64,000 nt of DNA. Source: Verrucomicrobiota bacterium. Lineage in GTDB: Bacteria > Verrucomicrobiota > Verrucomicrobiia > Limisphaerales > UBA11358. The first letter of the stretch is position 1, and each line of letters opens with the position of its first letter. Shown here piece by piece: positions 52,061 to 61,002 of this stretch. The notes below the pieces were generated by a model, which searched no databases, was not told the origin of the DNA, and saw only the letters and a program-made list of their open reading frames with translations. The DNA lies in assembly GCA_049509875.1 (NCBI GenBank), contig JBEKZM010000016.1:5357-69356 (forward strand), written 5' to 3'. The translations under genes were made by a program, and so were the position numbers.

Positions 52061-53686
52061 TTATTGGAAGTACAGGGGAGTTTTGAAACCGCTGATGGAA
52101 TTGTTTGAGACCACAATGCCCCCCAGGTTCGGGGCACCGCGCGCGGCCACATGGATGCCATGGGCGCCGGCCCCTGAGATGGTGTTCCCGGTGACAACCG
52201 AACCGCTGCCGCCAGTCGAAGGCGTCACCATGAGGATGCCGTCCCCTGACTCCAATAAAATAGTATTGCCCTGGATTCGATTCGACTGGAGCAAGGGGCC
52301 TTCCGCATGGATCCCCAGCGCATTTCCCGCCGCGACGATGGTATTGCCCGTTACCGACGTGTCCGCGCCAAAGATTCCCAGACAAGCATTGCCGTCCGCC
52401 TGGCAGCGAAAGGTGTTGGTGGCTATCCTGATTTGTCCCACAAAACCAGCATATTCCGCCGGCCCTATAAAATCCGCCAGAACCACGCCCCAGCCCGAAC
52501 CGCCGGTAACATTGCCGCACTGCACCTCATTGTGGTCGAAATTGACATCAAGTCCGCCGATGAAAATGCCGGCCACGACCGAGGGATTTGCGTGTATCCA
52601 AAAATGATTGCGGGTGAATCGGATGTGCGCCGCATATTCTCCGAACCCCGCGCTGGCCCCGATGAAGGTATTGCCGGCGTAAAGTCCGTTGGCACTATTC
52701 CGCTGGGCCAATTCAAGCGCCGGGCAAGCCGGTCCAACCGGGCTGAAGACGCAATCGACGAATTGGAAATTGCGCAGGGTGTTTAAGTTCAGCCCAAACA
52801 CATTGCAGCCGCCGATTGAAGTATCGCTGATGAATTGGTCATCTTGAGCCTGGAACCCAAATGCCTCGGTCACCGCAAGCGGTTCGGCACCTTGCACGAT
52901 GAGGTGTTGGACACCCACATTGGTCGTTGCCAACGAGGTCACTTTGGCGAGGAAAGGATTTGCGAACGAGCGGGCGAGCGGGTCCCTGAGCCCAAGGGTT
53001 CCCACGCCGCTATTGATGGAAATGACCGGCGAGATCTCCGTCGGAATCACATCCCCATTCGTTGCGCTATAGATGGCCACATAGTCCCCGACCCTGAAAA
53101 TCGCCGCGTTGGCAGCGTCCCTGAGGGTAACCGATGAATCATTGGCAGTGGTCGTTTTGAGCCCGAAAAAGCCGCCATTGAAGGCTGTATTCTGGAATCG
53201 GACGGTGGCGTAATCCAAGCCGAATGCCAGCACCGTGTTGCGCACTTCTCTCGCATGGATTGCCGGCGGATGCCTGCCGCCCGGGCCCTGCAGGAGCTTG
53301 GCGCCCGCCGTGCCGCTCAGTTTCACGTTTGAGCCGATCAGAAGATTGTAGAAGAACCAGGGATGGCTGCTCGGATGGCAGGAATTGAGAAGACAGGTGC
53401 CCCCCGGGAATTCCACCACGCCTCCGCCGGCCGCCTCGGCCGCATTGATCGCCTTTTGGACCGCCGCGGTATCGTCATGGGTGCCGTCACAAAAGGCCCC
53501 ACAATTCGTTACGTTGAACACGCGGCCCGCCGGGCCAGGCACGAAAGATCCCGCCGCAGCGATCACATTGGTCTCCAGCGGGTACGTGGCGGGTGCTGAC
53601 AAGGCTTGAGACGTGCGCATCACCACCACCGCCTCGATAACGGCGAGAACGGCCGCTTTCTTGTGGTCCATGCGGCTCTGTATCAT
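52061..53686 (-). CDS. secreted right-handed parallel beta-helix protein (pectate-lyase-3 / GH28-related fold)
   Basis: N-terminal Pectate_lyase_3-type motif VFNVTNCGAFCDGTHDDTAAVQKAINAAEAAGGGVVEFPGGTCLL, followed by many G-x-x-I/V-x-N-N-type beta-helix turns. The choice of start (53686 or 53671) is uncertain. Confidence 0.7.
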   Translation of the reverse strand: MIQSRMDHKKAAVLAVIEAVVVMRTSQALSAPATYPLETNVIAAAGSFVPGPAGRVFNVTNCGAFCDGTHDDTAAVQKAINAAEAAGGGVVEFPGGTCLLNSCHPSSHPWFFYNLLIGSNVKLSGTAGAKLLQGPGGRHPPAIHAREVRNTVLAFGLDYATVRFQNTAFNGGFFGLKTTTANDSSVTLRDAANAAIFRVGDYVAIYSATNGDVIPTEISPVISINSGVGTLGLRDPLARSFANPFLAKVTSLATTNVGVQHLIVQGAEPLAVTEAFGFQAQDDQFISDTSIGGCNVFGLNLNTLRNFQFVDCVFSPVGPACPALELAQRNSANGLYAGNTFIGASAGFGEYAAHIRFTRNHFWIHANPSVVAGIFIGGLDVNFDHNEVQCGNVTGGSGWGVVLADFIGPAEYAGFVGQIRIATNTFRCQADGNACLGIFGADTSVTGNTIVAAGNALGIHAEGPLLQSNRIQGNTILLESGDGILMVTPSTGGSGSVVTGNTISGAGAHGIHVAARGAPNLGGIVVSNNSISGFKTPLYFQ

Positions 53687-53767
53687 ATTTCCGAACCGGG
53701 ATGCAAGCAGCGGTTCCTCGCGCACAATTAATATTGAACGCCGGTCTTTACTTGCAATCATTTACCC

Positions 53768-55885
53768 ATGCGTTTTGCCAATATTTTGGTTTGGCCGGCT
53801 CTCGCAGCCGGAGCCGGGTCCCTGTGCGCGGCCGTGAGCTATCCAACCACCCGCACGACCAACCAGGTGGATGTCTATCACGGCGTGACTGTGGCCGATC
53901 CTTACCGGTGGTTGGAGGACGACAATTCGCCGGAGACCAAGGCCTGGGTGGCGGCGCAAAACCAGGTCACCTTCGATTTCCTCAGGCAGATTCCCCAGCG
54001 CGAGGCCATTCACAAGCGGATGGAACAGCTTTGGAATTACGAGCGCTACAGCGTTCCGTTCAAGGAAGGCGGCTCGTATTTCTTCACGCGTAACAACGGT
54101 TTGCAAAACCAAAGCGTGCTGTACACGCAGCCCGCGCTGGACGGCCCGCCGCGGCTGCTGCTGGATCCCAACCAGCTCTCGAGCGACGGCACGGTGGCGC
54201 TGGCGGGCACCTCTGTGAGCCACGATGGCCGCTACCTGGCCTATGGCATTTCGGCGGCCGGCTCGGATTGGGAGGAATGGAAAATCCGGGAGGTGAGCAC
54301 GGGCAAGGACACGGATGATGATTTGAAGTGGGTCAAGTTTTCCGGCGCGTCGTGGACGAAAGACGGCACGGGCATTTTTTACTCCCGATACGACGAACCC
54401 TCGGCGACCACGAAAATGACGGCGGTAAATTATTATCAGAAGCTGTATTTTCATCGCCTCGGCACGCCCCAGTCGGCGGATAAATTGATTTACCATCGGG
54501 ACGACTTCAAGGACTGGGGATTCGGCGGCGAGGTGACGGACGACGGCCATTACCTCATCATTTCCATTTTCCAGGGCACTGATCCCCGAAACCGCGTGTT
54601 CTATCTCGACTTGACCCAGCCGGGCGCGCCGGTGGTGGAGTTGCTCAACGACTTCGACGCGCAATACGGTTTCATCGACAACGACGGGCCGGTGTTCTGG
54701 TTTCGTACGGATCTGGATGCGCCCCGGGGCCGCGTCATCGCGATCGACATCACCCGGCCGCAACGCCTGAACTGGCGCGAACTCATCCCGCAGGCGGCGG
54801 AAACGCTCACGGGCGCGGACGTGGTGAACAATTCCTTCATCTGCTCCTACCTCAAGGACGCGCACAGCCAGGTGAAGGTGTTTTCGCTGGCCGGAAGTTT
54901 CCGGCATGAAATCGCCCTGCCGGGGATTGGCAGCGCCGGCGGTTTTGGGGGCAAACGGGGGGACAAGGAGACATTTTATTCCTTCAGCGGCTATACCACG
55001 CCGGGCGTGATTTACCGGTACGATCTCGTGGCGGAAACCAATTCAATCTTCCGGGCGCCGAAAGTGGATTTCAACCCGGCGGACTACGAAACCACGCAGG
55101 TGTTTTACCCGGGCAAGGATGGCACGCGCGTGCCGATGTTCATCACGCAGAAAAAAGGCGTCCAGCACGACGGCCATGCGCCCACGCTGCTCTACGGCTA
55201 TGGCGGCTTCGACATCAGCATCACGCCCGCCTTCAGCGTGGCCAATCTGGTGTGGATGGAAATGGGCGGCATCTATGCCGTGCCGAACATCCGCGGCGGC
55301 GGCGAATATGGCGAGGCGTGGCACGAGGCCGGGATGAAATTGAAGAAGCAAAATGTGTTCGACGATTTCATCTCCGCCGCCGAATGGCTGATTGCCAACG
55401 GCTATACTTCGTCGCAGGAGCTGGCCATTTCCGGGGCCAGCAACGGCGGCCTGTTGATCGGCGCGTGTGAAACGGAACGGCCGGACCTGTTTGGCGCGTG
55501 CCTGCCGCAGGTAGGGGTGTTGGACATGCTCCGTTTCAACCAGTTCACCATCGGCTGGGGCTGGATGAGCGAATACGGTTCGCCGGACAAGGCGGATGAA
55601 TTCGGCGCGTTGCGGGCCTATTCGCCGCTGCAAAATGTCCGGCCCGGCACGAAATATCCGCCCACGCTCATCCTGACCGGCGACCACGACGACCGCGTGG
55701 TGCCGGCGCACAGCTTCAAATTTGCGGCGACGATGCAGGCGGACCAGGCGGGCGACGCGCCGGTGCTCATCCGCATCGAGACCCGGGCCGGCCACGGCGC
55801 CGGCAAGCCGACCGCCAAGATCATTGACGAAGCCGCCGACAAATGGGCCTTCCTGGTGAAAGCCCTCGGGATGGATGCTCATTGA
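53768..55885 (+). CDS. prolyl oligopeptidase (S9A) family serine peptidase
   Basis: Signal peptide. The N-terminal block VDVYHGVTVADPYRWLEDDNSPETKAWVAAQN is diagnostic of prolyl endopeptidases. It also has a beta-propeller and the catalytic Ser ISGASNGGLL, Asp TGDHDDRV and His RAGHGAG. Confidence 0.9.
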   Translation: MRFANILVWPALAAGAGSLCAAVSYPTTRTTNQVDVYHGVTVADPYRWLEDDNSPETKAWVAAQNQVTFDFLRQIPQREAIHKRMEQLWNYERYSVPFKEGGSYFFTRNNGLQNQSVLYTQPALDGPPRLLLDPNQLSSDGTVALAGTSVSHDGRYLAYGISAAGSDWEEWKIREVSTGKDTDDDLKWVKFSGASWTKDGTGIFYSRYDEPSATTKMTAVNYYQKLYFHRLGTPQSADKLIYHRDDFKDWGFGGEVTDDGHYLIISIFQGTDPRNRVFYLDLTQPGAPVVELLNDFDAQYGFIDNDGPVFWFRTDLDAPRGRVIAIDITRPQRLNWRELIPQAAETLTGADVVNNSFICSYLKDAHSQVKVFSLAGSFRHEIALPGIGSAGGFGGKRGDKETFYSFSGYTTPGVIYRYDLVAETNSIFRAPKVDFNPADYETTQVFYPGKDGTRVPMFITQKKGVQHDGHAPTLLYGYGGFDISITPAFSVANLVWMEMGGIYAVPNIRGGGEYGEAWHEAGMKLKKQNVFDDFISAAEWLIANGYTSSQELAISGASNGGLLIGACETERPDLFGACLPQVGVLDMLRFNQFTIGWGWMSEYGSPDKADEFGALRAYSPLQNVRPGTKYPPTLILTGDHDDRVVPAHSFKFAATMQADQAGDAPVLIRIETRAGHGAGKPTAKIIDEAADKWAFLVKALGMDAH

Positions 55886-55921
55886 AGAAAAGAAAAGAGG
55901 CCGGACACTACTCCGGCCTCT
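55886..55921 (-). terminator. rho-independent terminator between convergent genes (T-tract on the minus strand)
   Basis: Perfect 10-bp stem AGAGGCCGGA (55896-55905) / TCCGGCCTCT (55912-55921) with a 6-nt loop. On the minus strand it is followed by TTTCTTTTCTTC. It begins 1 nt after the peptidase stop. Confidence 0.55.
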
Positions 55922-56028
55922 TACAACAACACTTTAAAATTTTGCGGCTGGCCGCCCCGAACAACATCAAAAGTGTACACCATTTTCCGTCCCCTGCATG
56001 TCACCAATGCTGGTTACAAGCGGAGCCG

Positions 56029-56057
56029 GGTGGAACCGGCTTCCAGCCGGTTCCACC
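56029..56057. repeat. 29-nt perfect palindromic REP (GTGFQPV-type) abutting the GH35 stop codon
   Basis: GGTGGAACCGGCT-tcc-AGCCGGTTCCACC, a 13-bp perfect stem. Its first 24 nt are identical to 30427-30450 inside priA. Confidence 0.65.
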
Positions 56058-56059
56058 TC

Positions 56060-58375
56060 TCACTCAAACGGGCGGGTGTCGAGATAGATCCGGTAATTCT
56101 TGATGCGCCCGTTCGGCGAATCCTGCCGCGGCAGCAGCCGCACGCCGGAAATTTCCTGTTCCGTTCCAAAATCGAGGACCAGCGTGTGTGGATGCCCCGG
56201 GTGCGCGTCGCTCCAGAGCGAGTGCCAGAAGGTGTCCGGCTGGCCGTCAACGGCGTTCTCCGCCTGGTCGGATTCCGCCGCCGTTTCCTCGCTGTCCACG
56301 TAAAGAACCTTCCAGCCCTGGCGCGAAATGGGTTTGCCCGCGGCATCCAGCGCGTCCAGTTCAGCGAGGGTAGTGAAGTCATCGCCGTTTTGCGACGAGA
56401 GCGCCTCCAGGCAAAAATAGCGCGCCTTCATCGCCGCGAAGGTGATGTCCTGCGCCGCCGCGCCGGCGGCCAGGCTGCCTTCCTTTACCGGTGTCGCGGC
56501 TCCCAGTTTCGGCTCCTGCATGGCGCCGCGCGGCGCGGGCGCGTTTTCATCGGGATTGAGCTGGCCCAGAATCGGGGTCGTCAATCCGGCGATGCCGGAC
56601 ACTTCGTTAAGCAACTGCTCAAATACCACGATCTCGTTGCGGCCCTTTTTGAGCCAGACGCCCGGGCAATAGAGCGTCTGCTGCGGGCCGATGTGCCAGT
56701 AGCGGCCCAGGTTGTGGCCGTTGATGAAAACAATGCCCTTGCCCCCGCCGCGCAGGTCCAGGAACGTGTCACCCAACTGGGAGACGTCGAAGTTGCCTCG
56801 ATGCACCGCCGGCGCGTCGGCGGCTGCCGTTGCTTGGAACTTGAGGGTTGGAACCCGGTCGAACGGGAGCGGAAACATTTCCCAGCCGGTTAATTCCCGG
56901 TTGCCGAGGGTGACCGATTCCGTGATGCCTTTGCGATTGTCGGGCAACTGGCCGCCATAATTGATGCGCCCGCCGTTCTCCACCAAAATGTCCAGGGTCG
57001 CGGACGGGGCATCCACTTGCAGCGGCGTGGTGTCCTGCCGGTAGCGCCGGTCCAAAACCGCCACGCGCCGGCCGTCGAGGCAAACCACGGCGTAGTCGCG
57101 GAGTTCCTTGAGCTTGAGCAGCGCCTTCACCGGCCCCGAAATTTTGGTCCGGTACAGCACGTAGCCGTAGCCCTGGTCAAGGTCTTCAAAGCTCATCGGA
57201 TGGTCCGCTTTCACCGGCCGGCCGGGCTGACCCAGGAGGCTGGCGGATTCGGTGAGTTCGATCTTGGGGAGGGCAATGACCGGCGTTGCCGCCGGGACAT
57301 CCGGCAAGGTCTCGCCCGGCGCGAGATGTTTTGCCAGGAGCTGGCGCAGGGCAAAATATTTTTCCGTGGGCCGGCCCATTTCGTCCATCGGCGAGTCGTA
57401 ATCGTAGCTGGTGGGCTGCGGCTGGAAGTGACCCCCATAGTTGGCGCCGTTCATGAAGCCAAACGACGTGCCGCCGTAGATCATGTAATAACAAAACGAG
57501 ACGTCGTTGGTCAGTTTCCATTCGGTTTCCCGGACCAGTCCGCCAGTGCCGATCTGCGCGTGCGGCTCGCCCCAATGGTCCAGCCAGCCGGGATAAAATT
57601 CCGGCACGTACCAGGGGCCCGTCGGGCGGTATTTGCCGATCTCTTTCATGATCTCCGGCCCGCCCCCGCCGTTCAGACCGGGCAGGGCTTCGGGCAGGCT
57701 GCCGGCGGCCATCATGTTGCCCCCGCCATCCGCCGTGAAGAACGGCACGTCAAAGCCCGCCGCGCGCTCCAGCTCCAGAATTTTCCGCATATAAGCATGA
57801 TCGCTCCCGTAGCTGCCGTATTCGTTTTCCACCTGCACCAAAATGATGGGCCCGCCGCGCGTGACCTGCAGGGGGGCGAGCTGTTGCCCGAGCTTTTTCA
57901 GGTAGGTCCCCGCCGCCGCCAGGAAGCGCGGATCCTGGCGGCGGACTTTCAGGTCATGGGCTTTGAGCAGCCACCAGGGATAGCCGCCAAATTCCCATTC
58001 CGCGCAGCAATAGGGACCGGGCCGCAGAATGACCCACAAACCCTCCTTTTGGGCGAGCCGCACGAATTGGGCGACGTCGGCGTCACCGGAAAAATTGAAT
58101 TCGCCCTCACGCGGCTCGTGCTGGTTCCAGAAAACATAAATTGACACCGCGTTCAGGCCCATGGCGTGCGCCGTTCTCAACCGGTCGGGCCAATACTCGT
58201 GCGGCACGCGCGCTGGGTGCATTTCCCCGGCCTTGATTTGAAACGGCTTTCCGTCGAGCAAAAAGTCCTTGTCGCCAATGGTAAATGTGGCCGCGGCCGC
58301 CGGCCAAGCGGTCAGGACCATCGATGCGGCAACGGCCAACGCCTGCCGCCGGGCCGAGGCAATAAGTTTGTTCAT
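56060..58375 (-). CDS. secreted GH35 beta-galactosidase with a C-terminal F5/8 type C (discoidin) domain
   Basis: The ATG at 58375 gives a signal peptide (MNKLIASARRQALAVAASMVLTAWPAAA). GH35 blocks are GEMHPARVPHEYWPDRL...VFWNQHEPREGEFNF, the acid/base context VQVENEYGSYG and PEFYPGWLDHWG. The C-terminal segment AVDGQPDTFWHS...GVRLLPRQD is discoidin-like. Confidence 0.85.
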   Translation of the reverse strand: MNKLIASARRQALAVAASMVLTAWPAAAATFTIGDKDFLLDGKPFQIKAGEMHPARVPHEYWPDRLRTAHAMGLNAVSIYVFWNQHEPREGEFNFSGDADVAQFVRLAQKEGLWVILRPGPYCCAEWEFGGYPWWLLKAHDLKVRRQDPRFLAAAGTYLKKLGQQLAPLQVTRGGPIILVQVENEYGSYGSDHAYMRKILELERAAGFDVPFFTADGGGNMMAAGSLPEALPGLNGGGGPEIMKEIGKYRPTGPWYVPEFYPGWLDHWGEPHAQIGTGGLVRETEWKLTNDVSFCYYMIYGGTSFGFMNGANYGGHFQPQPTSYDYDSPMDEMGRPTEKYFALRQLLAKHLAPGETLPDVPAATPVIALPKIELTESASLLGQPGRPVKADHPMSFEDLDQGYGYVLYRTKISGPVKALLKLKELRDYAVVCLDGRRVAVLDRRYRQDTTPLQVDAPSATLDILVENGGRINYGGQLPDNRKGITESVTLGNRELTGWEMFPLPFDRVPTLKFQATAAADAPAVHRGNFDVSQLGDTFLDLRGGGKGIVFINGHNLGRYWHIGPQQTLYCPGVWLKKGRNEIVVFEQLLNEVSGIAGLTTPILGQLNPDENAPAPRGAMQEPKLGAATPVKEGSLAAGAAAQDITFAAMKARYFCLEALSSQNGDDFTTLAELDALDAAGKPISRQGWKVLYVDSEETAAESDQAENAVDGQPDTFWHSLWSDAHPGHPHTLVLDFGTEQEISGVRLLPRQDSPNGRIKNYRIYLDTRPFE

Positions 58376-58388
58376 GTTTGATTTCAAG

Positions 58389-59645
58389 TCACTCGCGAGA
58401 GAACAGCGGCGCGTCAATATCTGCCGGCGGATGGCCGGTGGCCGGGCGCGTAAACAACTCGCCAAATTTCGTGAAACCGGGCACGAAGCCGCCGTTGGAG
58501 AGAAAGAATTGTCCGTCTTCCACCCCCATGAAGCGGTCCAGTCGGTCCGCCTTTCCGGTCGGGTCGTGGCTGAACTTGGCGGTGGTCTGTTCGTGCCAGC
58601 GGCCGTCCGCGGTGCGAAACCATTGGTTGCCGAACCGCGCCTTGCGGCGGAGCTGCCCGTTGCTGCCGCCAAAGTCTTCGTTGAAACTGTACAGACCCCG
58701 CAAATAACCGCCGTCCTTCGGCGCTTTCCAGCTCGAGATCAGCATCCATTTTTTTTGTCCGGGATGAAACCAGTAGCCGGAATAAACCGTGTGCGTCGCG
58801 TCGGTCGGTTTGGCCGTCACCAAAAACCGCTGTCGCTCGCCGGTTTTCCAGTCGAAGACCAGGTGGCTATGTCCGCCGGTGCCTTCGTTGCCGAAGTCGC
58901 CGCTGAAGACGTGATCGCCCTTGGCCATCAGGGTTACGCGGTCCTCAGCCGGAACCCGGTCGCGGCTGACGGGCTCGCCTCCGCTGTCCCAGACGCTGAA
59001 AATGATCCGGCGTTCGGTGGCACTGTTGACCTGCATTCCAAAATAGCCGCGATGCCAGCCGCAGGCCTCGAAGTAAGTCCAGAGCGGCGCTTCCACGGCG
59101 GTTGCTTCGCAGTAAAATGCGTCAATGTCTCCCTGCCCGGAAGTGGGATAGGTCAGATGCACCGACGCGGCATTGCGGCGGGGCTTGAGATTGAAATGCG
59201 CGCTGTCGGAGGCAGGGCCGTCGAGCACCAGTGTTTGCACGGCGCCCGCCGGCTGGCCGGCGGCGTTCAGGGATTCGAGGGTGAATTTTTGGTAACCGGC
59301 GGCCGCAATGTCGAACGAGCCGAAATCCGCCTTCACCACCTGATCGCCCGCCCCGGACACTTCTGTATCACGGAACTGGTTGCCGACGGCCAGGCGCAAC
59401 CGGCTTTTCGTGCCGGCTGGGACGCGAAATTCCACCGCGCAGTCCAGCGTGCCGGTGCGGCTCATTTCGCCGAACCAAAGCACTTGGAGGGCGGGATTCA
59501 TCCACCCGGTAATGCCGGCTTCGGCCGAAACCTCCGCCGCATCGGGATCGGGAGCCAGGTAAGCCGTGAACGCGGGCACGCGCAGTTCCGCCTGGGCGCA
59601 GCCGCACGCCACCAGGCAGCAGGCCAAAAAAATGACTTTCTTCAT
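58389..59645 (-). CDS. secreted DUF5077/DUF3472-like protein
   Basis: The ATG at 59645 gives the lipoprotein-like signal MKKVIFLACCLVACGC. The C-terminal block FSGDFGNEGTGGHSHLVFDWKTGERQRF...YSGYWFHPGQKKWMLISSWKAP...GLYSFNEDFGG is typical of DUF3472 proteins. It lies 13 nt upstream of the GH35 gene. Confidence 0.7.
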   Translation of the reverse strand: MKKVIFLACCLVACGCAQAELRVPAFTAYLAPDPDAAEVSAEAGITGWMNPALQVLWFGEMSRTGTLDCAVEFRVPAGTKSRLRLAVGNQFRDTEVSGAGDQVVKADFGSFDIAAAGYQKFTLESLNAAGQPAGAVQTLVLDGPASDSAHFNLKPRRNAASVHLTYPTSGQGDIDAFYCEATAVEAPLWTYFEACGWHRGYFGMQVNSATERRIIFSVWDSGGEPVSRDRVPAEDRVTLMAKGDHVFSGDFGNEGTGGHSHLVFDWKTGERQRFLVTAKPTDATHTVYSGYWFHPGQKKWMLISSWKAPKDGGYLRGLYSFNEDFGGSNGQLRRKARFGNQWFRTADGRWHEQTTAKFSHDPTGKADRLDRFMGVEDGQFFLSNGGFVPGFTKFGELFTRPATGHPPADIDAPLFSRE

Positions 59646-59867
59646 GTCAGGTCCGTGATGACGAATGAAGCGAGCCGGGCCCCGCGCCGGTCCTCGGCAC
59701 ATTTCCCCGCGGCCCAACCGCGTTCGCGAACCGGTTTGGCGGCTGATGGGGTTTGGCAATGAATTGATTGCCGGCCATCATCCGGCCAACGGTTCTTGGT
59801 TTAGACGCGGCCCATCATAAGCCCGGCCGGCCGGCGGCGGAATCCCCCGTTTGTGGTATTCAAAACG

Positions 59868-60671
59868 TTATTTCGTTTCCAACCAATACCAGTCCCAGTC
59901 GAGGCCCGTGGTGCCATAGGGAGTCATGTACTTCCACAAGTAGAATTGGCCGTGGCCATCAGCCCACGAATAATTCGCGCCCAGGTTGTGGCGGGTATAG
60001 CCCCGGCCGGGCGGGTTCGGCAGGTAACTGTGGATGACGGATGGGGGATAAGAATAGCCGAAGGTTTCAATGTGCACCGACCCAGAATCCGACGGTATGG
60101 GGTCGAAAGTGTCATTGTTCAAAATGGTCTCGGCCGGTTTGGTGATGGCCGTGATTTTCTGGCGATTCCAGCCCGGGTTCCCAGCCGTGCCAGCGTTGTC
60201 GTAGTACCCAAGGTAATCCCAGTTGTGGCCATAGCCACCGTAGGAGAGAAAATTGGGATCGGTGGTCAACCCGACGCCCTTGAGCAGGTTGGTGCTGAAG
60301 GAAGGACACGCTTGGAGCGTTCCTTCCGCGCTGAGGGTGGTGATGTTCGTGGTGCCTTTGCCGAAATAGACTGATATCTCCGCGTACCATTCGGCCGGCC
60401 AGACGGTGCCGTCGCCCCGATTCTGCCCCGCCACCGGCAAATAGCTCTGAAAATCCGACGAATACATGGTGTAGCCCAAAGCGATCTCTTTTTCATTGTT
60501 GACGCATTGGATGGCCTTGGCCTTTTCCTTGGCCCGCGCCAGAACCGGCAACAGCATGGCGGCCAGAATGGCGATGATGGCGATAACCACCAGCAGTTCG
60601 ATGAGTGTAAACGCCGTGTCACGCGAAGTTTTCGCCGAACACGGTTGACCGATGTTGGCAACGTGATTCAT
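59868..60671 (-). CDS. prepilin-type N-terminal cleavage/methylation domain protein (PVC-type pseudopilin-like, DUF1559-like)
   Basis: [34 protein letters not shown]-terminal methylation motif, and near the C-terminus [11 protein letters not shown], which fits the H-X9-DG style tail. Confidence 0.8.
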   Translation of the reverse strand: MNHVANIGQPCSAKTSRDTAFTLIELLVVIAIIAILAAMLLPVLARAKEKAKAIQCVNNEKEIALGYTMYSSDFQSYLPVAGQNRGDGTVWPAEWYAEISVYFGKGTTNITTLSAEGTLQACPSFSTNLLKGVGLTTDPNFLSYGGYGHNWDYLGYYDNAGTAGNPGWNRQKITAITKPAETILNNDTFDPIPSDSGSVHIETFGYSYPPSVIHSYLPNPPGRGYTRHNLGANYSWADGHGQFYLWKYMTPYGTTGLDWDWYWLETK

Positions 60672-60860
60672 GGCTCGCTGGCTGCTGGATTCATAAGACT
60701 TGCGTTCCTTTACCTTGAACTAAGCGGCCCATCATACCATGTGGCGGCGGATTCTGCCATGGCCCGTTTGGGGGTGGTGGCTGGCGGGCCAGGGCGAATT
60801 GAGTGCGGAATGCGGAACGCGGAGGGCGGAACCATCGCAATGCGGAGTCCGCGAAGGTAG

Positions 60861-60887
60861 GGCGCGGCGCTCCGCGAGCGCCGCGCC
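60861..60887. repeat. 27-nt GC palindrome in a repeat-rich intergenic region
   Basis: GGCGCGGCGCTC-cgc-GAGCGCCGCGCC, with perfect 12-bp arms. It is preceded by reiterated GCGGAA(T/C)GCGGAACGCGGA units at about 60803-60830. Confidence 0.45.
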
Positions 60888-61002
60888 TGCCAACCAATGC
60901 CAGCTCACTCCAAAAAATATCGCCTGCCAACCGCGCCCTTTCTGCAATTTGTCACTTTCCGTTCGGCAGATTTGTCGGCGACCGCGCTAAGAATCAGGCT
61001 CC

